Origin: an uncultured Anaerolineaceae bacterium
GTDB lineage: Bacteria; Chloroflexota; Anaerolineae; Anaerolineales; E44-bin32
Direction of reading: 5' to 3'
Length of the DNA: 57,416 nucleotides
Assembly: GCA_964353875.1 (NCBI GenBank)
Contig: CAYGXU010000007.1
Span: forward strand, 1 to 57,416
The first letter of the stretch is position 1, and each line of letters opens with the position of its first letter. Below the pieces are notes generated by a model that did no database searches, was not told the origin of the DNA, and saw nothing but the letters and a program-made list of their open reading frames with translations. Position numbers and translations under genes: made by a program. This document shows positions 41,330 to 50,200 of this stretch, piece by piece.

Positions 41330-41361
41330 GCCAGGGGCGCGATCCGGATCGCGCCCCTGGC
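41330..41361. repeat. G+C-rich perfect palindrome (REP-like or terminator stem)
   Basis: GCCAGGGGCGCGATC-CG-GATCGCGCCCCTGGC forms a 15-bp perfect stem. No T-tract follows. Confidence 0.7.
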
Positions 41362-41830
41362 GGATTAACAAGGGCGAAATGATTGTTTTGTTGGGAGATA
41401 GCTAATTCTATCCTTTTTCTTCGTTCTTCTCCTTGCCGGCTATCTATTGCTGTTTATCGAAAACATAGCTCCCTATCGACCGGTCATTATGATGCCCAGT
41501 AGGCCATCATCCAGCTTAGAATTTGATGGTCCTCAAATATTTCATTTGGGAATGGAAGGATAAATTGCATTTCTCGATAGGATCGTGGTTGTTTTATATT
41601 TCCGGGATCAATCGCAAGAGGCGACAGCAAGAATTGGGCATGCGAATGGAGATTTCATAGATCGGGTTTGTGATCTGAAATAACCCTGCATGCTTTCTGT
41701 GAAGATCCGATCTAGGGTAACGATTTTGCTTGCTTATCTGCTTGGCATTCCGTCTGCTCATCTACGGGGTTGCTCTCTCGCTAGGATCATCTCGCATTTT
41801 GGCTAAGATTGCGACTTTTGTGCTGCTCTA

Positions 41831-43594
41831 TTAATGCCCCAGCCAGACTTCGACATGGTGCTCAGCCTCAGACAAATCCGGCGAGATCAGGTTGCCTGGG
41901 ACGATTTTGCCATCTACCCTCATTTCTACTACGCCCTTACAGACATTCTTCGGATTATGGACGATAATGAGGAATTTCCGACCTCTGAACCTGCGCGTAG
42001 CTGAAAAGCTGCTCCAAGTCGATGGGATGCAGGGGTCGATCCGCAAACCGTCATATTCGGGGTGGATGCCGAGGATCCACTGTGTGATGGCAACATAGTT
42101 CCAGGCCGCTGTGCCCGTCAGCCAGGAATTCTTGGCCTCGCCATGTTTGGGAGCATCGCGACCAGCGATCATCTGGGCATAGATATAAGGCTCGCACTTA
42201 TGGATGTCGCTGATCTCCTCACGCGCCGAAGGGTTGATGCGGAAATAATAATCGTAGGCCTGGTTACCGCGTCCGATCTTGGATTCAGCAATCATGATCC
42301 ACGGGTTGGTGTGGCAAAAAATACCGGCGTTTTCTTTGTATCCAGGCGGGTATGTGGATATCTCCCCTAGATGGAGGTAATAGCGGCTATAAGCTGGTTG
42401 ATGCAAGACGATGCCATGGGAAGTAGCCAATCGTTCTGCCACCGAATCAAGAGCCTGCTTTGCGCGGCCACTTTCGAGGCCCAGACCCGCCATAACGCAC
42501 ATTCCCTGAGGTTCGATGAAAATTTTCCCCTCATTACACTGCCTCGAACCGATCGGGTTGCCATAATCATCGTATGCGCGACGGAACCATTCGCCGTCCC
42601 AGCCTGCTGCCCAAATCGTTTTCTCCATCTCCTGCGCAGCTTTACGAAAGACCTTGGCGTCCTGTTCGCGTTTCTGCCGTGTTGAAATTTCTGCCATTTC
42701 ATTGGCTGCCAGAATGAACATTCCGGCGATGAACACACTCTCGGCGATCTTGCCGTCTTTATTTATCGTCGTCTGGAAGGACTGACCGGGTGTGTCGGAG
42801 AAACAGTTCAAGTTCAGGCAGTCATTCCAGTCGGCGCGGCCTATGAGTGGCAGTCCATGCGGGCCTAAACGGTCAAGTGTGTACTGGATCGCGCGTTGTA
42901 AGTGGCCGTACAGCGGCTCTTCCGTACCGGGACCGTTGTCATAGGGCACAGATTCATCCAGGATGCCATAGTCGCCAGTCTCTTTAATGTAGGCAGCCAC
43001 AGACAACACTAGCCAGAGCGGATCATCGTTGAAGCCGCTGCCCACATCGTTATTGCCGCGCTTGGTCAGCGGCTGGTACTGGTGATATGCGCCGCCGCTC
43101 GGGAGCTGCGTTGCGGCCAAGTCGAGGATGCGTGCGCGTGCTCGTTCGGGGATCAGGTGAACGCAGCCGAGCAGGTCCTGATTAGAGTCACAGAAGCCTA
43201 TGCCGCGCCCTATGCCTGACTCAAAAAAGGATGCAGAACGCGATAAATTGAGGGTGACCATCCCTTGATAGGCATTCCAGATGTTGACCATGCGGTTGGT
43301 GTGCACATCAGGAGTCGAGACCTGAAGTATATCCAGCAGGCCGTCCCAGTAAGCCCGCAGATTCAAAAAGGCCTGCTCAACTTCATCGGCATTCAGGTAA
43401 CGGGCAATGATTGGCAGAACCGTACGCTTGTTGATGATTTGCGAATCAGGAGGGTCGAACTTCTCATCCTGCGGATTTTCATGATAACCAAGGATGAAGA
43501 TGACTTTTCTCTCTTCGCCGCCATTCAGTTGGATTTTAACATGCTGTGCGCCGATAGGTTGCCAGCCGCGGCTTTGACCTGCACTTCGGGGGCG
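41831..43594 (-). pseudogene. 5'-truncated GH94 cellobiose/chitobiose phosphorylase
   Basis: The open frame is colinear with the C-terminal two thirds of GH94 enzymes (GWQPIGAQ..., [38 protein letters not shown]). About 270 N-terminal residues are missing. The frame is closed by TAG at 43595-43597. Confidence 0.8.
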
Positions 43595-44133
43595 CTATGC
43601 TGGCGCATAGGGGTCAGCACATGTTCAGTGGCGCCTTTGTAGTTGTAATCGCCGCTGGGTTGTTTGACAAAGCCGTAGCTACTGGATGTCTTGATGAAGG
43701 CTACCTTCAGTTCCGAGCAAATCTGGCAGAGTTTGATGATGTATTCGTCTTACAGGTAATTGGTCTCGAAAATAACCTTGAGAATTGCACCGTTGTGGAG
43801 GCACGCCTGGTTGACTGCGTCGATGTCAGCGCGGGCAAAGTCACAATAGCCCCCCAGGGCTTTACCGATATTGATGACCATGTCAATCTCGGTGGCGGCG
43901 TCGCGAATGGCCTGTTCGGTTTCGGCAACCTTTATTTGGGAGGTGTTGTTGCCATGCGGGAAGCCGATAACGGAGAAAATTTCGACACTGGAGCCTTGTA
44001 GGGCTTCCTTGCACATCGTCACAGCGTAAGGTTTGAGGCAAACGATGGTGACATCGTAGCGTTCCGCAATTTCGCAACCCTTGAGAATCTCCGTGTCGGT
44101 CATGGTGGGGTGGAATAGGGAGTGGTCAATCAT
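43525..44133 (-). pseudogene. deoC: Deoxyribose-phosphate aldolase (DeoC-like) with in-frame TAA and truncated 3' end
   Basis: Translation reads ...LKVIFETNYL*DEYIIKLCQICSELKVAFIKTSSSYGF...[25 protein letters not shown] in one frame across the TAA at 43750-43752. Homology ends near 43561. Confidence 0.8.
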
Positions 44134-44235
44134 TTTAGATGAATTTTAGGGTGAGGAATATGTTTATAAGAGTTACCTTTCTGTTCTATGGATGCAAGGT
44201 GAACGCGCTCGCGCAGGGGCCTTAGCAAGGCAAAC

Positions 44236-45216
44236 TCAGCCCGCGGGGTTATGGATGACCCTCTTCTCCTTCGCGGACGCATATGCATTTTGGATGAGGA
44301 TGAGGGCCGCCCGGGCATCCTCCAGGGTCGAGATCGGTTTAGTGCCCTTAAGCGCCGCGTCGCTAAACGCCTGCGCAAGATGGTAGAACGAGTCGCCGTA
44401 TTCAAAGTCAGTTTCCATCTTCTTCCCATCCACATACAGGCCGTCAGCGATGAGCAGGTTGGCTTTGTCGCCCTCGATACGGACCTCGCCGGCCGACGGA
44501 TCTCCGCTAGCCCAGGATTGAAGAATATTTCCGATCGCGCCGTCCGGGTATTGGAGACCGATCAGCGAGATGTCCTCGCTCTCTAATTCGAGGTAGTGCT
44601 TCTTCGCGTCGAAGGAGAAGAGGTAGGAGGGCCGTCCCATGAGATAGAGGGATTGGTAAACAAGATGTGTCCCGCTGTCTATCATCGCGCCCCCACCGGA
44701 TGCGTTAAGCGACTTCCGCCAGCCCGCGGAACTTACCTCGGGAATAAAGTGGACGGCGCGGAAAGACGCGTACGACACGTTCCCCAGCATGCCGGAGGCG
44801 AGGACCTCCTTTGCCTTGCGGACAACCGGTCTATATACAAAGTTGTGGCCTGGCATCACAACCACACCCGCAGCCTTCGCGGCCTGCTCCATCCTCCCTA
44901 TCTCCTCGGCCGAGAGCGCAACGGGTTTCTCCACAAGCACGTGCTTCTTTGCTCTAAGTGCTGCCAGGGTCTGTTCCGTGTGGAGCCAAGTGGGGGTCAG
45001 AATAGCAACCGCGTCCACCCCCGGGTCGCCGAGTACTTCCTCGTACGACCTCCAGCCTTTGATCCCCCATTCATTGCACCGCGCCCGGCACGCTTCGTAA
45101 TTCTCTGGTGCATCGCATGCTCCCACAACCTCGATCGATGAAACCCTCTTCATCGCCTTGAAATGCCAATCCGCGATCCAACCCAGTCCGATGTAAGCAA
45201 CCCTTATCTTATTCAT
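44236..45216 (-). CDS. Gfo/Idh/MocA family oxidoreductase
   Basis: 326 aa with an N-terminal Rossmann fold (IRVAYIGLGWIA) and the EKP motif (VLVEKPVA). Confidence 0.9.
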   Translation of the reverse strand: MNKIRVAYIGLGWIADWHFKAMKRVSSIEVVGACDAPENYEACRARCNEWGIKGWRSYEEVLGDPGVDAVAILTPTWLHTEQTLAALRAKKHVLVEKPVALSAEEIGRMEQAAKAAGVVVMPGHNFVYRPVVRKAKEVLASGMLGNVSYASFRAVHFIPEVSSAGWRKSLNASGGGAMIDSGTHLVYQSLYLMGRPSYLFSFDAKKHYLELESEDISLIGLQYPDGAIGNILQSWASGDPSAGEVRIEGDKANLLIADGLYVDGKKMETDFEYGDSFYHLAQAFSDAALKGTKPISTLEDARAALILIQNAYASAKEKRVIHNPAG

Positions 45217-45270
45217 TACTAATCTCCTGATTTCTATTGATTTGTTATTTTGAACGCCCGTTCTACCCCA

Positions 45271-46287
45271 TTAAGCATACCCGCTCCAGTCGAATACAAC
45301 ACCCACGCACTCCGGCTTCTTTACCCGGACACCCGCATACACAGCCTGTGCGTCCGCGGGGTCCGCGACCATGGTCGTGAGCGGGTTGATCTTGAGCCGA
45401 TCGTCTGCGAGGAGGCGGAAGATGCATTCGGCATTATTCTGGAATGAGTACCGCACATGGCCAGACGTTCCCTTCTCGACGGGAAACCGCCATTCGTGCG
45501 CTCCCTTGACCGTGACGCAACCGTTGCTCCAGAGATGAGACCGGTTGAGGAAATCCGTCAGATTCACCATACATTCTCCTCTCGGGCTTCCCAAAAGCAC
45601 GAGGTCACCCAGGGGACCGACAAGTTCGGCTGCCTTCGGTGCTATCGAAGGTACACCGGTCGCCTCTACGACCGCACGGCAGAATGCTCCCCCCGTGATG
45701 CGGGAGACCTCCTGGTTCACATCCGACCGCCCGTCCACAACGTGGCGGATCCCGCACTGCTGAGCAAGGCTGAGCCGATCCTCAGCTAAGTCGATGCCAA
45801 TGACTTCGCACCCCGCGAGGGTAAAGAACTGGGCCGCCAGGTTGCCGACGAGTCCGAGTCCATACACCGTGACGAAGTCGCCAAGCGCGACATCCGCGAC
45901 CCTGAGGGCAGTGATTGAAACCTGGGCCATCCTTGTGAACACCGCCTTTCTCACCGGAAGGCCTTCAGGCACCTTCGCGATCATTACGTCGGAGAGGCTG
46001 GCCGTTGCATGCTTCGAATGCGTGAACACAAGGTCGCCCTTTGTTAAATGTTCAAGCCCGGGTCCAGTCTCCTGAATCCTTCCTACGGCCCCGTAACCTG
46101 GGATGTACGGCAGGGGTGCCCAGGAGCTTTCCGTACCCGCAAGGATCGCGGACTCCGTCCCGGCGCTGAGGATGGATGCCTCGGTCCTAATGACCGCCTG
46201 CCCCGGCTTGAGCCCCTCCGTAGCCAGCTCCGCATCCTTAAACTCCACGTTCCAGGGGCTTGTGAACACAATTGCCTTTGTCTTCAT
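45271..46287 (-). CDS. Medium-chain dehydrogenase/reductase (alcohol/polyol dehydrogenase-like)
   Basis: ATG 46287 has an AAGGAG RBS. It has a GroES-like N-domain and a VYGLGLVG Rossmann motif. The ORF-track extension to 46539 has no homology-like content. Confidence 0.85.
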   Translation of the reverse strand: MKTKAIVFTSPWNVEFKDAELATEGLKPGQAVIRTEASILSAGTESAILAGTESSWAPLPYIPGYGAVGRIQETGPGLEHLTKGDLVFTHSKHATASLSDVMIAKVPEGLPVRKAVFTRMAQVSITALRVADVALGDFVTVYGLGLVGNLAAQFFTLAGCEVIGIDLAEDRLSLAQQCGIRHVVDGRSDVNQEVSRITGGAFCRAVVEATGVPSIAPKAAELVGPLGDLVLLGSPRGECMVNLTDFLNRSHLWSNGCVTVKGAHEWRFPVEKGTSGHVRYSFQNNAECIFRLLADDRLKINPLTTMVADPADAQAVYAGVRVKKPECVGVVFDWSGYA

Positions 46288-46552
46288 AGTGATCTCCTTT
46301 ACATTTTGAATATTCCAAGATTTTTGTTTCGTCCAACTGGCAGCGCCAATCAACCCGGCAGCTGTGCCCCAATTAAGCGCGGATAATTTCAATCTGCTAT
46401 TCGTCTCGATTTTGCCAATCTGGGTAAGCACCCGCATTTCCAGGCAGACTGGTTGTTGAATGAAAAAGGTGATGGCAAATGACAAACTCTCATCAAGCCT
46501 CCAGTTGCATGTTTGGGATGGCTTTGCGCCATGCGGCAATCAGGCGATCCTC

Positions 46553-47656
46553 TTAGATGGCTTCTTCGGGGGAAGGCAATGCGCCGCGCCAGGTCAATTC
46601 TCTTTTGCGAAAGCCGTAGAATATCGTTCCCATGAAGCACAAACCTGCCACGATTGCCAGGGGTACCGCCCAGTTGCTTGGATAGTGTACCACTCTGCCC
46701 AGCACAGGGAAGAAGGTCTGATCGGGAGCGCTCATAACTAGCGTCGATTGATCGCCCAGGTAATGGACCAACGCCAGCAACTGGTTGTCGGCCTGTTGCA
46801 GGCTGGCGGGATTAACCAACTCGAGGTGATCCAGCGAGGTGTGTAACTCTGGATAGGGTGCGGCCGTGTCAATTTCGACTCCAGGTACGCCGGCCCGCGC
46901 AAATGGCAGCAGGTCTTCTTCGCCGCCTGGGAAGATGTGGAAGGGCAGCGACATGTAGGTCGGTCCGGTTGACGACGTGCTGCGGGCCAGCGCCTGGACC
47001 CAAGAGCCGTTTCCCCGGCCGGTGCGTGTGAGCAACGGTGGCTCTTCTCTGAACTGATCCATGTTGATCACAAGCCTGACATCCTCGAACCAGGGGTGTT
47101 GGGCGACAAAGGCGTGCGCGCCGATGGCGCCGGGTTCCTCGCCGTCGTTGAAGGAAAATAGCACATCCTGGCGCAGTTCGGGACCCGCATGCAGGGCGCG
47201 CAGGAGTTCCAGGACCGTGACGATGCCCGATCCGCTATCTACCACCCCCGGGCTTTGAGGAGCAGAGTCATAGTGGGACATCAAGAGGATGGCGTCTTCG
47301 GGGTCCGTGCCCGGCAGCCGGACGAGGATATTCTCCACCGCCCGGCCCAGGACAAACCCGGGATGATCGACTCGCACCCCGAAGGTTTTTTGCACCTGTG
47401 GCTCCAGGCCAAGGGCGTGGATCTCACCCAGAAAATAGTCGCGCACGTTGGCGTGCGCCCGAGAAACGCCCATTGGGTGGGGTTCCCGGGCGATGATGGT
47501 CAAGCCCTGCATGGCCCTTGCTGCTGAAAAATCTATTGTGGGCGCGTCGGCGGGCAGCGGTGCAGGAGGAGAGATCCAGGCCATGGTGAGGAAAGCAGCA
47601 CCTCCGAGGATGCACAAAGCCAGGATGGGGAAGAGGATTTGGTTTGTCTTTTTCAT
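46553..47656 (-). CDS. M28 family metallopeptidase, membrane-anchored
   Basis: Signal/TM N-terminus, then MSHYDS, DSGSG and NDGEE metal-ligand blocks, and a C-terminal TM. Confidence 0.85.
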   Translation of the reverse strand: MKKTNQILFPILALCILGGAAFLTMAWISPPAPLPADAPTIDFSAARAMQGLTIIAREPHPMGVSRAHANVRDYFLGEIHALGLEPQVQKTFGVRVDHPGFVLGRAVENILVRLPGTDPEDAILLMSHYDSAPQSPGVVDSGSGIVTVLELLRALHAGPELRQDVLFSFNDGEEPGAIGAHAFVAQHPWFEDVRLVINMDQFREEPPLLTRTGRGNGSWVQALARSTSSTGPTYMSLPFHIFPGGEEDLLPFARAGVPGVEIDTAAPYPELHTSLDHLELVNPASLQQADNQLLALVHYLGDQSTLVMSAPDQTFFPVLGRVVHYPSNWAVPLAIVAGLCFMGTIFYGFRKRELTWRGALPSPEEAI

Positions 47657-47704
47657 GGAATACTCATACAGCTGTACAGCCTAAATGTCGGATGTAGCGA
47701 TAGG

Positions 47705-48052
47705 TCAGGTTACCTTCGCCACACGGCGTTTCTTTCGATGGGTGAGCAGGTAGGCAGGCAACCCCAACGGACCCAGGAGGATTGTTACCAGCATCCAGAC
47801 CAGCCGCCTGCCTAGAGACGCTGGCTGACCCAACGCCATGCGCCAGATGACGAAAGCCAGCGACAGCACGACCAGCAGAATCCAGATCGGCCAGACGCGG
47901 TGCAAGACTGTCAAGCCGCCCCAGGTCACCGTGGGCGGGAGTAGCGGTTGATAGAGTGTCAGGTCGGGTTGCGTAGAAATGCCACCGTCCACACAAGAAA
48001 AACTTTCCATGCCTCGCAGCAGGGCGTCCACTAGAAATGGTGGCAGGCTCAT
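47705..48052 (-). CDS. Small membrane protein (PLDc_N-like C-terminus)
   Basis: 115 aa with two hydrophobic helices. The ending ILLGPLGLPAYLLTHRKK resembles the cardiolipin-synthase N-terminal-type small domain. Confidence 0.5.
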   Translation of the reverse strand: MSLPPFLVDALLRGMESFSCVDGGISTQPDLTLYQPLLPPTVTWGGLTVLHRVWPIWILLVVLSLAFVIWRMALGQPASLGRRLVWMLVTILLGPLGLPAYLLTHRKKRRVAKVT

Positions 48053-48375
48053 CTATCTGCATCGGTTGACAAATCATTACCCTTCTTCATAAGACTTTCG
48101 CTCTCTTCTTGTTGTATGCCGTGCGCTAATGATGCGAATTCGTTCCTCGCGATCCGTATGCACAACCAGCAACAATCGCCTGCGAATTCGCTCTCCCATG
48201 GCTGCAAATCGCGATGGTTAGTAGGGGAAAATTGAATGTCTGGTTTATGCCTCGCTGGGCGAACTACGACAATGGCTGCCATTGGCTGGACGCATAAGAA
48301 AAAAAGGGCGAGTTGACGGCTTCGAGATGAATAGCGCCGATGATACGCTTAGCATATATGCACATTTCTTGAGGT

Positions 48376-49326
48376 CTAATTCGAGCCTAATTTTTCGCTC
48401 TCCTTCGGCCTTTGCTTTGGGCTGTGATGCGACTTCGGGACTCTGCAGGGAAAACAGGCATTAATGAACTCTCTGAGAAAATCGTTCTGCCGAGGTATGT
48501 ACCCCAGTCTTCGAGAAAGCTTATCGATACTGACGGAAATCATACGCTGACCGGGTTCGCTCATGAGCACAATTCTGCTGCCAGTACATGCCTTCCCTCG
48601 AATGTATTCTGCAATATCACGATCTTGATATATTCGATTGCCTGCTACATTAAAAACCTGTCCAAACGCCAGATCCCTTCCAGGGACAAGACACAGGGCC
48701 GATACAACATCATCGAGATGGGCATATTGACCGCCTGCCTCGTATACAACGGGTATATCCTTCCCCTCTCTGGCTTGTTCGATCATTTCAGAAAATTGGT
48801 CCAATCGATCTTGACTGAATACGCCATGGATCCGCATGATGGTCACAGGCAGACCTTCGCGTTGACATGCCAGACTGTATTTCTCACATGCCAATTTGGT
48901 CGTTCCGTAGGCAGGTCCTCCGATCGTGCTTTCCTGCGGATTACAGGGATCCCCCTCGCAGGCGGGGGTAATTCCCGTAGGACCATAAACTACAGCGCTG
49001 CTGGCGAAGATGAAGTGATCTACCCCCGATGCTTTGCAGGCATCAAGCAGATTCAAAGTACCGATCAGATTTTCCTCAATCTCGAGACGATAGTCATCAG
49101 AATAGAAGCTCCAAGCCAGGTGATAAACAGCTTCAATTTTATGGAGAGCAATGTCTAAATCGCTCAGTTTTAGCAGGTCGCCGCGCATATATTCGCAACG
49201 CGAATCCATCGTCATAGAGCCAGGAGAGCGACGGTCAAGCACACGCACCTTGTGTCCCTTGTCAATCAATGAACTCGCTAGAGAACTGCCAATATGGCCT
49301 GCACCACCAGTCACAAGTACATTCAT
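48376..49326 (-). CDS. NAD-dependent epimerase/dehydratase (extended SDR)
   Basis: MNVLVTGGAGHIGSSL matches the GxxGxxG motif, and YGTTK is the catalytic YxxxK. Confidence 0.88.
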   Translation of the reverse strand: MNVLVTGGAGHIGSSLASSLIDKGHKVRVLDRRSPGSMTMDSRCEYMRGDLLKLSDLDIALHKIEAVYHLAWSFYSDDYRLEIEENLIGTLNLLDACKASGVDHFIFASSAVVYGPTGITPACEGDPCNPQESTIGGPAYGTTKLACEKYSLACQREGLPVTIMRIHGVFSQDRLDQFSEMIEQAREGKDIPVVYEAGGQYAHLDDVVSALCLVPGRDLAFGQVFNVAGNRIYQDRDIAEYIRGKACTGSRIVLMSEPGQRMISVSIDKLSRRLGYIPRQNDFLREFINACFPCRVPKSHHSPKQRPKESEKLGSN

Positions 49327-49428
49327 CTATAATAAAGGCTCCCAGAAGGCTGCATAATGGCCTGCCGATAAGCTGCGGACGCCGCAGGTGACCGTCATCT
49401 TCATCGGCTTGTTATACGGCGATAGCAA

Positions 49429-49824
49429 CTATTGTGAATTTTCTCGTAAGGGAACAAGCCCCTCGTTCGTCTCAACAAGCAGTTCAACTCCTGTGCCAAG
49501 CAAAACTCCAACAAGATCTTTGTAGTTAGCTTCGTTTACCATATCCTGCGAAGCCACAAATGCCTTCAAGACCTCGAGCAATTTGCTCCCATAGCGAATC
49601 ACTAGTGTTATACCCTCCTCATCATTTTTTCGCAGAATGTGGGCGCGAATATTCTTTTCATCCACGTGGCACTCGAGGGAAAGACGCATAGTCTGGTTGT
49701 AATAGTCCAACGTCAAATCTCCAAAGCCGGAAATTTGGACGTTTGAAATACCACGCAACACTGCCATCGGATCTTTCCATCCGACGAGAGTCTCCTTTAT
49801 GATATCCTCATCGTTATTTCCCAT
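49429..49824 (-). CDS. Hypothetical protein, no recognisable family
   Basis: 131-aa ORF, AT-rich. It is the first cassette downstream of repeat copy A. Confidence 0.55.
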   Translation of the reverse strand: MGNNDEDIIKETLVGWKDPMAVLRGISNVQISGFGDLTLDYYNQTMRLSLECHVDEKNIRAHILRKNDEEGITLVIRYGSKLLEVLKAFVASQDMVNEANYKDLVGVLLGTGVELLVETNEGLVPLRENSQ

Positions 49825-49952
49825 TGTTATCCATTTCTAAATATAGATTCATCGCCGATAACAACAAATAGTCCTTATATCTTCGGCTTCTCCCTGCACT
49901 CAGGGATAAGTTCTCGCGGTTCTAACTCGGTCGCTTCGTAATGAAAAGGTCC

Positions 49953-50200
49953 AGGCGGAGGGAGATTGCAGCGATGTATTCGACGAGCCACCTCCGATTC
50001 GCGAACCTGCGTCTATTTTAGCCGGAAAGCAATGGCATGCAAATTGATATTATCTAATGGCTTGTCGAAGGAAATCGTAGCCGAGCCTGTCCTGAGCTTG
50101 TTGAAGGGATGGCAGCACCTTCCTGGATCGAATGCCCATGGGCATCGAGCCCGAATATTAAATGCAATAAGAGTGTGCATGGAAGTGAGGGGGAGGGATC
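49953..50200. repeat. Island intergenic element, copy A
   Basis: Colinear conserved blocks shared with copies B and C (see findings). No conserved reading frame. Boundaries are approximate. Confidence 0.75.

Noticed and set aside
46288-46539. The N-terminal extension of the MDR dehydrogenase ORF (the track gives 45271-46539, 422 aa).
   Set aside because: The extension has no dehydrogenase-like sequence. ATG 46287 is preceded by AAGGAG and begins the canonical GroES-like domain (MKTKAIVF...).
47664-48077. The 137-aa minus-strand ORF overlapping the 115-aa membrane-protein ORF in another frame, and the 77-aa ORF at 48049-48282.
   Set aside because: The 137-aa translation is Arg/Ala/Gly-rich with no hydrophobic pattern, whereas the 115-aa frame gives clean TM helices. 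The 77-aa ORF does overlap the 115-aa start by ATGA but has no recognisable features, so I left it uncalled.
49990-50012. tRNA T-arm-like sequence on the minus strand of copy A (GCAGGTTCGCGAATCGGAGG) as a tRNA fragment or att site.
   Set aside because: The loop is TTCGCGAAT, not the 7-nt T-loop GTTCRANYC context. No acceptor, D or anticodon arms can be drawn, and the block is absent from copy C.
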